Shown here piece after piece: positions 34,970-45,200 of a stretch of 64,000 nucleotides of DNA (positions within the stretch are counted from its first letter, which is position 1; every line of letters begins with the position of its first letter). Under the pieces are notes generated by a model, which saw nothing but the letters and a program-made list of their open reading frames with translations, was not told the DNA's origin and ran no database searches. Made by a program: the position numbers and the translations under genes. Origin of the DNA: a virus; the IMG/VR virus record IMGVR_UViG_3300020182_000008, positions 40,628-104,627 of that record; one strand, given 5' to 3'.

Positions 34970-37900
34970 TGCCTAACGGATTAAAAAAAGCTGTTAATAA
35001 TACCGATAATTCTTCTACTAAGTTTTTAGAAGGGATTAAACGTCAAACTTTAAACATTATCTATGGTAAAGGCAAAACAGCCTCTACATTTGTTAACTTT
35101 TCAGATTCAGCTGAAAGACAACAATTTATAAAGGGGATAAAAAATATAAGAGAAAACCCCGCTCTAGTCCCTATAACTGAAACCATTAAAGTATTTAACA
35201 CTTACGATATATGTAATCCACTTCAATTTATAGCTACCCAAGCTTTCCCTCCTGGAAGTGATGTAGCTAATGGTATTAATAAGTTTGAAGGACAGGTAGG
35301 TAAATTATTAAATATTTTTAAACAGTTTCAATTTGTTCAAGGAAATCAAACAGCAGAGGGGGTTTACGGTTATCCTGATCCTTTAAAAGAAGAAAACCCC
35401 TTAATTACTTTTAATCCTGGAAAAATTACTTTAGTGGTTCCTAGAGAACAACCTGGAGGAGAGGTAAATGCACCTGTCCATAAAGGATCTCAAGTAGTTC
35501 TTAAACAAACTGAAGATCCAAAAATAGGATCTAAAATGATAGGAAATATAGATAAATCTTTCCCAGTTACAGGTGAAGAATTAGGTTTGTTTTCTGATGA
35601 AATTATTGGAGTTGGATATATAATAGAAGTAACAAGTATTTCCCCATCAGATCCTCCTTATGCTACAGATAAAAATGGAAATACTTTAAAAGATGAAGAT
35701 GGTGATCCTATTTTAAGAGGATTTGAATTGTTTACTATGGATTTTGAAGCTGATCCTTCTACAACTGATGTACGAGAATTAGCTACTGAATTAAATGGTT
35801 TACTTACTACTATACGAGAATTAGGTATTGAAGGAATAAAAAACGATTTAGCTCAACTCCCAGATACTATACCTTTTGTAGCTAAATTAAAAGCTCCATT
35901 TGAAAAATTTGTTAAAATATTAGAAGGAGACCCAGAAAATAATCAAGAAGGTGTGTTAGCACCTATAAATGACGCAGCTACAGATGTAGGAGGATTGCAA
36001 GCAACTTTAGAAGGAGGTCTTAATGCTCAACAAGTATTAGAAAGAGTAAGAATTGTAAGAGATATTCAATCTAAAATTTTACCTTTTACAAATGTAACTT
36101 CTTTTGTAGAAGAAAAATTTAAAAAACAAATTGGAGATGTAAATAAACTTTTAAAAGATTTTATTCCATTTGATGCACCTTTAGGACCTAATGGAAAACC
36201 AAAATTTAGTTTAAGATTAGTTGTTCAAACATTAGTAGATTTTGCTACATATATAGAAGGTGCTATCACGTTTATTTTAGCTTTACTTCGTACTGTAAAC
36301 ATGATGATTAAAATTATTACTATAGTACTTAAAGTATTAAAAGTAGTAATTAAAGTAATCAAAGCTGTTATTAAAGCATTACCTGCTGCATTTATACCTG
36401 TTGGGGCAATACAACTAGTAACAGAAAAGTTAGCATATGTTGATGATGCTATTCAAACTGCTATTGATTTCTTAGATAAATTGTCTAAAAATATAGATCT
36501 TGTAATTAGTAGTTTAACTTTAATTAAAAAGTTCCTAACCGTCTTTATTAAAGAATTAGCTAAATTTGCTGAAAAACTAGATAGTTGTGAAACATTCCCA
36601 AATGAAGATAGAGATCTTATAGAAAAAGCTTTAAGAGGTTCATATACAGCTCTTAACAACCTAATTTCAGTAACCCCTAAAGGTAAGGGTCCGGGGGGTC
36701 AATCGGGGGCTGTAACTAATATAATTAATTCTACAGATGATGATGTAACAGTTATAACATTAGAAGATGGTTCATTAATGGTATTACCTGGTTCAGTTTA
36801 TGGATTTGATAAAGATGGTAATATAATATTTAATGGTAAATTAGTTTCTTTAGCAACCGGAGTTGTATTTGATGATGCTAGGGGTCAAGATTTAAGAGAT
36901 TTGTTTGCTGAAGGTAATCAATTAAGATATTATACATACAATAAATTTACAGCTGCTAACCAAGGTTTATTAGAGGCAGCTGAAAAAGCATTTTTTGATT
37001 TACAAAAACAAGTAGATCCTGAAGATCGATTTGGTAATTTTGTTGAAACATACTTAGGTTATGTTTTAAAAATTCAAGAAGAAAGACCTATAGATAAAAA
37101 CGATAATAAATTAACTAGAAGAAGAGGTGTAGCTTTAGATTCAAATGAACGTATTGTAGCTGGAACCGAATTAACCTTCTCTACTAATTTATCTACTATA
37201 ATTCAGGAATTAAAATTTAAATTAAAACGTGACGTTGAGGCCGGTATTATAGGTGTTAATACCTCAGATAAAGATCCAAACGAAATAGATGATGATTCCG
37301 CAGTTGAAATAGCTAAAACAACTGGTGCTAACCCAATAGCTATATCTAATATTAAAGCTGAACAAGCTAATAGAGCAGCTGCTTTACCCGAATTAGAAGA
37401 TAATCCTGATCCAACACCAATAGAAGGAAGAGTTGGAAATTCTTCTTATAGTTCTTTAGAAGACAATACTGCTGCTTCTTCAAAACCTAACCCTTCAGTC
37501 AAACAAAGGCCCCTTGATACACAAAAATTAGTTAGAGAACCTTTAAATGAATTTATTCAATCAAATCCTTCCTTAGCTAAAATATCAAATACATATTCTG
37601 TATTAAGTGGAGCATCTTCAAATCAATTATCCCAAATTTTAAGCCAACCTGGAGTAGAAGAGTTATCTGAAGATGAACTTATAGCAAATTTAAAAGAATC
37701 TATTTTAAGTGAAATGGATCCTAACCCTGATAAAATAAAAGAGGTTCAAAACAAAACAGATCAGTGGTATAATGGGTTAAAAGAAAAAGCTAAAGCCGAT
37801 TACGATAGAATGGTAGCTAGAACACCAGGTATAGCTAGAAAAATATTACCTTCATTTGAGAAATACTTTAATAAAATAGAAAAACAAGAACTTCCAAAAT

Positions 37901-38046
37901 GGATTAAATTACTTTTAAGACAAAAGTATACCGAAACAGAAGTAGAATATGGTATTTCTAATGACGATATTAGAGAAGAATACCGAATTAAAATAGATGG
38001 TACTAAAGTTAAAGTAAAACGTAAACGAGGTAAAGAAAAAGAGTAA
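34969..38046 (+). CDS. Large putative virion protein with central amphipathic helices
   Basis: 1025 aa in the baseplate operon; IKIITIVLKVLKVVIKVIKAVIKALP. Confidence 0.65.
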   Translation: MPNGLKKAVNNTDNSSTKFLEGIKRQTLNIIYGKGKTASTFVNFSDSAERQQFIKGIKNIRENPALVPITETIKVFNTYDICNPLQFIATQAFPPGSDVANGINKFEGQVGKLLNIFKQFQFVQGNQTAEGVYGYPDPLKEENPLITFNPGKITLVVPREQPGGEVNAPVHKGSQVVLKQTEDPKIGSKMIGNIDKSFPVTGEELGLFSDEIIGVGYIIEVTSISPSDPPYATDKNGNTLKDEDGDPILRGFELFTMDFEADPSTTDVRELATELNGLLTTIRELGIEGIKNDLAQLPDTIPFVAKLKAPFEKFVKILEGDPENNQEGVLAPINDAATDVGGLQATLEGGLNAQQVLERVRIVRDIQSKILPFTNVTSFVEEKFKKQIGDVNKLLKDFIPFDAPLGPNGKPKFSLRLVVQTLVDFATYIEGAITFILALLRTVNMMIKIITIVLKVLKVVIKVIKAVIKALPAAFIPVGAIQLVTEKLAYVDDAIQTAIDFLDKLSKNIDLVISSLTLIKKFLTVFIKELAKFAEKLDSCETFPNEDRDLIEKALRGSYTALNNLISVTPKGKGPGGQSGAVTNIINSTDDDVTVITLEDGSLMVLPGSVYGFDKDGNIIFNGKLVSLATGVVFDDARGQDLRDLFAEGNQLRYYTYNKFTAANQGLLEAAEKAFFDLQKQVDPEDRFGNFVETYLGYVLKIQEERPIDKNDNKLTRRRGVALDSNERIVAGTELTFSTNLSTIIQELKFKLKRDVEAGIIGVNTSDKDPNEIDDDSAVEIAKTTGANPIAISNIKAEQANRAAALPELEDNPDPTPIEGRVGNSSYSSLEDNTAASSKPNPSVKQRPLDTQKLVREPLNEFIQSNPSLAKISNTYSVLSGASSNQLSQILSQPGVEELSEDELIANLKESILSEMDPNPDKIKEVQNKTDQWYNGLKEKAKADYDRMVARTPGIARKILPSFEKYFNKIEKQELPKWIKLLLRQKYTETEVEYGISNDDIREEYRIKIDGTKVKVKRKRGKEKE

Positions 38047-38048
38047 TA

Positions 38049-38062
38049 TATAAATATTTATA
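38049..38062 (+). promoter_or_regulatory. Late promoter motif within the 14-bp palindrome TATAAATATTTATA
   Basis: Directly before the ATG at 38066. Confidence 0.6.
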
Positions 38063-38065
38063 ATC

Positions 38066-38530
38066 ATGAAAATAGAAGCTTTTAGAAAAATTATTCGAGA
38101 AGAAGTAAGAGATGTAATTAAGGAAGAACTTTCTTTAATTATGAGTACTCCTGTTACTGAAACAAAAGTAGTTCAGAAGCCAGTTGTAGAACAAAAAACA
38201 CAAAGACCTTCATTATCTGAATTAACTGAAGAACCACAACCACAACAACCAACCCAACCTTTATTTGAAGGAGCAGGTGCTATAGCTAGTATCCTAAATC
38301 AAACACATGCTGAAGGTGGGTGGAGAAATATTAATGGTGGTGGATATAGTGCACAAGACGCTGTTGGTTTTCAAGGTGGGATGCCTGGAGGTGAAACTAA
38401 AGTAGTAAAATCTGTAGATGAAATGATGGCATCACAACCCAAAACTTCAGATATAAATCAAATATCCATTGATGCCGTACCAGATTTTTCGGGGCTAATG
38501 GGTAAAATGAAAGAACAAGGTAAAATATAG
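38066..38530 (+). CDS. Hypothetical virion protein
   Basis: MKIEAFRKIIREEVRDVIKEE N-terminus. Confidence 0.7.
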   Translation: MKIEAFRKIIREEVRDVIKEELSLIMSTPVTETKVVQKPVVEQKTQRPSLSELTEEPQPQQPTQPLFEGAGAIASILNQTHAEGGWRNINGGGYSAQDAVGFQGGMPGGETKVVKSVDEMMASQPKTSDINQISIDAVPDFSGLMGKMKEQGKI

Positions 38531-38988
38531 TGGCTTACATATTTAAAAATATTGATGTTTTAGATCTTAACCCTTCAACGGGAGTAGGAATATCTGTACC
38601 CTTTAATGGTCCTACAGGTGTTAATACAACCTACACAACTCAAGACGCTATAAAATCAAACCTTTTAAATTTTATTTTAACAGGAAAAAGAGAAAGAGTA
38701 ATGAATCCTGGTTTTGGAGCCGGGTTATTAGGTTTAGCTCCTTCTTTAGAAGATCCAATTGGAGAACCTGGGGTTTTATTTAATCAAATAACAGAAGAAA
38801 GAATAGACGAGATTGAAAATCTTATTTATGGTGGTGTTGATCTATATTTTCCTACTGTTCAAATAGAAAGTTTAAATGTAGAATTAGAACCTGATTCTAA
38901 AACTATTACTATATATTTAAAATATACTGTAGTCAATACAAATATTGAAGACGAATTACAAATAAACCTCAACAATGGCGGAGTCTAA
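38530..38988 (+). CDS. Baseplate wedge subunit, T4 gp25-like
   Basis: IKSNLLNFILTGKRERVMNPGFG. Confidence 0.85.
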   Translation: MAYIFKNIDVLDLNPSTGVGISVPFNGPTGVNTTYTTQDAIKSNLLNFILTGKRERVMNPGFGAGLLGLAPSLEDPIGEPGVLFNQITEERIDEIENLIYGGVDLYFPTVQIESLNVELEPDSKTITIYLKYTVVNTNIEDELQINLNNGGV

Positions 38989-40846
38989 ACAAATACAATA
39001 TTTAAATAAAGATTTCGACGGATTCAAGCAAAAATTACTTGAATTCGCTCAAGTTTATTACCCTGAAACTTACAATGACTTTTCAGAGACATCCGCTGGT
39101 TTGATGTTAATTGAAATGGCCTCATATGTAGGTGATGTTTTAGCATATTATGGTGATAATCAAATTCAAGAAAACTTTTTGGAGTATGCTAAACAAAGAA
39201 ACAACTTACTTTCTTTAGCTTATAACCACGGTTATTTCCCTCAAGTAACAAATGCTTCTACAGTTGATGTAGATATATACCAAACATTACCTGCTACTAC
39301 AGCCGGAGGTTCAGTCCAACCAGACTGGAACTATGCAATGATATTATCTGAAGGTGCACAGTTACAATCTTCTAACAATACAAGTGTTTTCTTTTATATA
39401 GAAAATAAAGTAGATTTTACAATATCTGGAAGTGCAGATCCAACTGAGGTATCTGTTTATTCTATTGATGGTGCTAACCAACCTAATTTTTATCTATTAA
39501 AGAAAAAAGCTAAAGCAACAGCAGGTACACTTAAAACAAAAACATTTACATTTACAACTCCACAAAGATTCTCTACTGTAGAAATCGAAGATACTAATGT
39601 AATTGAAATTGTAAAAACAACAGATAGTGATGGGAATAGATGGTATGAAGTGCCATACTTAGCCCAAGAAACCATTTTTGATCCTGTTACTAACACAGCA
39701 GCAAACGATCCACAACTATATCAATATAATGGAACTACACCTTATCTTTTAAAAATTAAAAAAGCACCTCGTAGATTTACAAAACGTTTTAAATCAAACA
39801 ATAAACTTGAAATACAATTTGGACCAGGTGTTTCTTCAAACCCAGATGAAATCATTACCCCAAATTCAGATAATATAGGATTAGGATTACCTTATGGCAC
39901 GGATAAATTAACCACAGCCTGGGATCCAGCTAACTTCTTATATACTAAAACTTATGGCATTGCACCTTCAAATACTACTTTAACTGTAGAATATCTTGTA
40001 GGAGGAGGAGCTACCTCAAACGTTACAGCTCAATCATTAACAATTTTATCTTCTGGTACAGTAACGTTCTTTGGTTCAAGCTTAGATTCTACACTACAAT
40101 CTACAGTTAGAAATTCTTTAGCGTTTACAAACACTAAACCTGCTATTGGAGGTGGAGATGGAGATACAAATGAAGATATTAGACGTAAAGCAATAGCTCA
40201 ATACCCTACCCAGTTACGTACTGTAACTAAAGACGACTATGCTATTAGAAGTTTATCTTTACCTTCTAAATTTGGTAAAGTAACTAAAGTATATGTTTCA
40301 CAAGAGAATGGTAGAAGAGATAGATCACAAGAGGAAAGATATGATACAAATGCTTTAGCAATGTATATTTTATCAAGTAATTCTCAAGGTAATCTTGTAG
40401 TAGCTGATCCTGCTTTAAAGGAAAACTTAAAAACATTCTTAAACGAATATAGAATGTTAACAGATGCTCTTAGAATAAAAGATGCATTTGTAATTAATAT
40501 TGGAGTTGAATTTGATATTATAATTCAACCTAACTATAATAATAGATTAATTATTAATAACTGTATAGATGCCCTTAAAACTTATTTTGATATTGATAAG
40601 TGGCAAATCAACCAACCTATCTTATTAAATAACGTTCGTAACGTAATTGATAATGTAGAGGGTGTTCAAACAGTTAAAAAACTACAAATTGTAAATAAAG
40701 TAGGAGAATCTTTAGGTTATTCAAAATATGCTTACGATATAAAAGGATCAACCATAAACGAGATTTTATACCCATCTTTAGACCCTTCAATATTTGAATT
40801 AAGATACCCAGACACTGATATTAAAGGACGAATAGTAACAAACTAA
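38975..40846 (+). CDS. Baseplate wedge subunit, T4 gp6-like
   Basis: YLNKDFDGFK, NDFSE, LIEMASYVGDVLAYY, GGGDGDTNEDIR, RTVTKDDY. Confidence 0.9.
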   Translation: MAESKQIQYLNKDFDGFKQKLLEFAQVYYPETYNDFSETSAGLMLIEMASYVGDVLAYYGDNQIQENFLEYAKQRNNLLSLAYNHGYFPQVTNASTVDVDIYQTLPATTAGGSVQPDWNYAMILSEGAQLQSSNNTSVFFYIENKVDFTISGSADPTEVSVYSIDGANQPNFYLLKKKAKATAGTLKTKTFTFTTPQRFSTVEIEDTNVIEIVKTTDSDGNRWYEVPYLAQETIFDPVTNTAANDPQLYQYNGTTPYLLKIKKAPRRFTKRFKSNNKLEIQFGPGVSSNPDEIITPNSDNIGLGLPYGTDKLTTAWDPANFLYTKTYGIAPSNTTLTVEYLVGGGATSNVTAQSLTILSSGTVTFFGSSLDSTLQSTVRNSLAFTNTKPAIGGGDGDTNEDIRRKAIAQYPTQLRTVTKDDYAIRSLSLPSKFGKVTKVYVSQENGRRDRSQEERYDTNALAMYILSSNSQGNLVVADPALKENLKTFLNEYRMLTDALRIKDAFVINIGVEFDIIIQPNYNNRLIINNCIDALKTYFDIDKWQINQPILLNNVRNVIDNVEGVQTVKKLQIVNKVGESLGYSKYAYDIKGSTINEILYPSLDPSIFELRYPDTDIKGRIVTN

Positions 40847-40850
40847 TAAC

Positions 40851-41912
40851 ATGGCAGTATACAAAATATTTCCCGAAAAAGATGCTTTTATCCAATCTAA
40901 ATTTCCTGCTCAAAATACAGGTTTAGATGAGATTTTAGATATTTCAAATTATAATGGAATTAATGTTCAGTCATCTGCTCAAGGTGACTTGCCTGCTGTT
41001 ACACGTGCGTTAGTTCAATTCAAAACAACGGATATAAACAATGTAGTTAACAATACAATAGGCGACGCGGCATTCCAAACAAACTTGAAATTATACATGG
41101 CATACGCTGAAAACGCGCCATTAAACTATACCCTAGAAGCATATCCTATATCTGGAGCTTGGGATATGGGAACTGGTAGAGTAAGTGATGTTCCACAAAC
41201 TACAAATGGTGTTTCATGGGGTTGGAGAAGCGAATCTGGTTCAAATGCTTGGACTACAGACGGAGGAGACTGGTATACAGATCAATCAGGTTCATCTCAA
41301 GATTTTGTTTACACAAGTGATAAAGACATTTTAATGGATGTTACTGACATGGTTAAACTATGGAATAGTAGCTCAATTGATAATCACGGCTTCATAGTTA
41401 AACACAGTGCGAGTATCGAATTTTCATCTTCATACGTTGAAACCGCTTATTTTTCCGTAGATACACACACAATATACCCACCTACACTAGAATTTAAGTG
41501 GGACGATTCAACTTATTCAACTACATTACCTCCCGTAACTGGTAGTGATTTCATTTTGTCTTTTACAAATTTAAAACAAGAATTTGAAGACAGTGGAATA
41601 TATAACTTTAAACTAAGAGCAAGAGATACTTATCCTGCTAGGTCATTCCAAACTAGTTCTGTATATTTAGATGCTAAAGTACTTCCTACATCCTCTTATT
41701 GGGGTCTAAAAGATTCAAAAACAGGAGAAATGGTAGTAGATTTCGATACTTCATATACAAAAATTAGCTCCAACAATGACGGAAACTATTTTACAGTTTA
41801 CATGGATGGGTTAGAACCAGAAAGGTACTATCAACTAATGGTTAAAACTGTAGTTGGAAGTGAAACAATGATAATTGAAGATAAAGGAAACTATTTTAAA
41901 GTAGTTAGATAA
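40851..41912 (+). CDS. Baseplate/tail protein (DNRLRE/CBM96-like domain)
   Basis: EKDAFI, NTGLDEILDI, RALVQF, WDMGTG, NHGFIVK, YPPTLEFKWDD. Confidence 0.6.
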   Translation: MAVYKIFPEKDAFIQSKFPAQNTGLDEILDISNYNGINVQSSAQGDLPAVTRALVQFKTTDINNVVNNTIGDAAFQTNLKLYMAYAENAPLNYTLEAYPISGAWDMGTGRVSDVPQTTNGVSWGWRSESGSNAWTTDGGDWYTDQSGSSQDFVYTSDKDILMDVTDMVKLWNSSSIDNHGFIVKHSASIEFSSSYVETAYFSVDTHTIYPPTLEFKWDDSTYSTTLPPVTGSDFILSFTNLKQEFEDSGIYNFKLRARDTYPARSFQTSSVYLDAKVLPTSSYWGLKDSKTGEMVVDFDTSYTKISSNNDGNYFTVYMDGLEPERYYQLMVKTVVGSETMIIEDKGNYFKVVR

Positions 41913-42259
41913 TGGCTAAACAAGAGGTAAAACTTAATAAACAGGTATTTGGAAAAATATCTTATCCTAACGTTGTAGATACTGAATTTAGACAACTAGT
42001 TCAACCAGAACAAGCTGTAGAAATAGAAGCACCTATGACTGTAGCAGAATTCTTTGCTGAATATGATCGTTTATTTTATGAAATACCTCAAAGAGGTAGC
42101 TTTGGTTCTCATGAAGAAATAGTAAATCGAAGCGCTGGATATATAGGTGTAGTTGGTCAATCAGAAGAAATTCAAGCATTGCTTGATGAAATCAATGATT
42201 TAAGAACTCAACTAATAACAGCACAACAAGAAATTGTAAACTTGAGTACTACAATATAG
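41912..42259 (+). CDS. Hypothetical structural protein with C-terminal coiled coil
   Basis: Located in the baseplate operon. Confidence 0.7.
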   Translation: MAKQEVKLNKQVFGKISYPNVVDTEFRQLVQPEQAVEIEAPMTVAEFFAEYDRLFYEIPQRGSFGSHEEIVNRSAGYIGVVGQSEEIQALLDEINDLRTQLITAQQEIVNLSTTI

Positions 42260-42260
42260 T

Positions 42261-45200
42261 ATGGAAAAAACTAGCGTTGTATATAACCCTCTAGATCCTT
42301 ACATAGCGCAGGACTACACCACACAAGATGTTAACTTATTAAATGAGTTTTCAATTAATCGTGAATTTGGTGCTGAACAAGATACGGTAGAATATCAAGT
42401 ATATTCTACTACAAATCAATTACTGGCTGTAAATTATAGTTTTAAAAATTATACAGTCCAAACTACAAAAGATAATTCTAGTGTATTTGATACATTATAT
42501 TTAGACCCTACCCAAGATGTAAAAGATGCTGGTTTTGATATAGGAAAATATAATACTGTATATTATTTTTACAGACCTATATTTTTAAGTAATTCAAGCA
42601 CTAGATACTACATTAAAGAAATTTCTTCGGATAGAACTGAAGTTAAAATTTCTACAAACGATTTATCTTACAATGCTGTAAGTACTTCATACTTAAATTA
42701 TCTTACATCTAAAAACTCTAAAAGTTTCTATTCTGATTTTATTCTTAATTTTGGAAATAATAGAACATTAATTGGAGTTAATAGTTTACTAGATACAGAT
42801 AATACAGCTGAACCAGGAATATTCATTAAATTATATGAACCTCTCCCAGCTGATTATAATGTAAAAGATACTTTATGGGTTGTAGAACAGGTATCCGACC
42901 CTTATGCTTTCAATGTTAATATTGAATTTGAAGATGAAACTGAAGAGCAAGTTGAATATTTAAGAGGCCCAAATACAGATATTGAGTTGAACAAATCAAC
43001 CAATATGCCTACTACGTACTTTAACTTAAACGAAGTATTAGATACCTCTTTAACTTCTTCATACCAACAAGTAAAATCAATTTTAGAAGAAAAAAGTGTC
43101 GATATTAATATTGATCATACTGACTACACAAACTTTGTTCACTTTTCTTCTGCATATGAAAGGTTAGCTAACTTTAAATACAAGCTAACCCAAATACAAA
43201 ATTATCAAAGTGATTTAAACCAATTAAATTCACTTGATGCTTTAACAGATCAATCTGCTATTTCGGCTTCAAAAGCAACTATCCAAGAAAATATAGATAC
43301 CCTAATTGAACAATTTGACAATTATGAATACTATCTATACTTTGAATCTGGAAGTAAAGCTTGGCCTAAGTCAAATACAACCCTACCATATGATAATTAC
43401 GCTGTAACCTCAGATTCATCTTCAGTATGGTATGGTTCAACTGACGAAGATAGCGCTTACTATGGTGGTCAAATATTATCTGCTTCATTATATGATGATG
43501 ATAACAGAAATTATATTTGGAATACTTTACCTGCATATATAAAAGAAGATCCACAAAATCAAAACTTAGAGTTACTTGTAGCAATGTTAGGTCAACATTT
43601 CGATTATGTTTGGACTTATACTAAAGCAATTGGGGATCTAAAAGAAGCAGATAACAGACCTGACTATGGTATTTCAAAAGATCTTGTAGCAGATACACTT
43701 CGTTCTTTAGGTATTAAACTATATACCTCAAATAAAACAAACGAAAACTTATTCTCTGCTCTAACAGGACTTTCACCATCAGGTTCACTTGTACCAGATA
43801 CTGGTTCATATAGAATAGAAAACTACGTTTCAGCTTCAAATGAACCTATTACATATGATAATGTAAATAAAGAGATATATAAACGTATTTACCACAATTT
43901 ACCTTATCTATTAAAAACTCGTGGTTCATATAGAGGTTTAAGAGCACTTTTAAACTGTTTTGGTATTGAAGATACCATTTTAAGAATACACGAATATGGA
44001 GGTATAGAGAAAAACGTACCTCAAACAACTCAATATTACGAAAATCACGTTTATGCTTTAGCTACAAACACATCTAGTGTAGTAGAAGTTCCTTGGTTAC
44101 CTGCTATAATGCCTATGGTAGGGGAATTTTGGGAAGAAATGGACGTTGATTGGAACAACATTGAAGGTTGGTGGAATGGAGTATTAGCTGAAGATCAAGT
44201 ACCAGATACAATCGAATTTAGATTTAAAACAAATGGTATACCTTCAGCATCTCACCATACTCAATCCCTTTTTCAGGTAAATAATAGCGATTCATCTTCT
44301 CAATTTGGTATTCAACTTTTATACCCCTCTGAATCGATTGCTACCTCAAATGGTGTTTATGACCATTATGGTGAATTAAGATTTATTTTATCTGGCTCAC
44401 AAGGATATGCTTCTACAGATGCTATTTTCTTACCTTTCTTTACAGGTAGTTTCTTTAACTTAAAGTTAGATAGACAACCATCTAAAATGAACCTACAAGA
44501 TACAGGTTCAGATGCGTTTTATGAACTTATAGTAAAACAAGGCAAATATGATGGACATAGTGGATTTATAGAGCAACAAGGCTCAGCTAGTTTATTTATC
44601 TCAGGTTCAACTTCTTCTTCATATAATGAAGGATGGTCAAATTATACATTTAGCTCGGGTAACCAACAACTATATGGTTTCTTAGGTGGAGCAAGCAGTA
44701 GTAACGTTATAGCACCTGATGGTGTTATATTTGATGGTGAATACCAAGAATTTAGATATTGGATTACAAATCTATCTCAATCGGTATTTGACCAACACGT
44801 ACTTAACCCAACCTCATATGCTGGTAATGATATTACAGCCTCATACTATGATTTAGTTTATCGTTTACCTTTAGGAAATTACGATAGAATTTCGGGTTCA
44901 AGAAGAGTATCTGTCCACCCCATGGTTACAGGTTCTTCTGCTCCAACATCTTCTTTCTTAGGAACAGGTTCTTCAACTGTAAATTACGGTATAATAACAA
45001 ACCTTACAGCTAATAGTTTTGTATCTGAAAGTAAAATAGATTTAATTCAAGGTCCTGATATGGGTGCCTTTACTCTAAACGAAGATAAAATTAGAGTAAC
45101 AAACAACGAAATTATATCTGGTTCAACACTCTCAGCTTATGTTTCTGTACAACAAAATATCTTAAGTAGTTCAAATATAGATTTTACAGCAGATTTAGAT

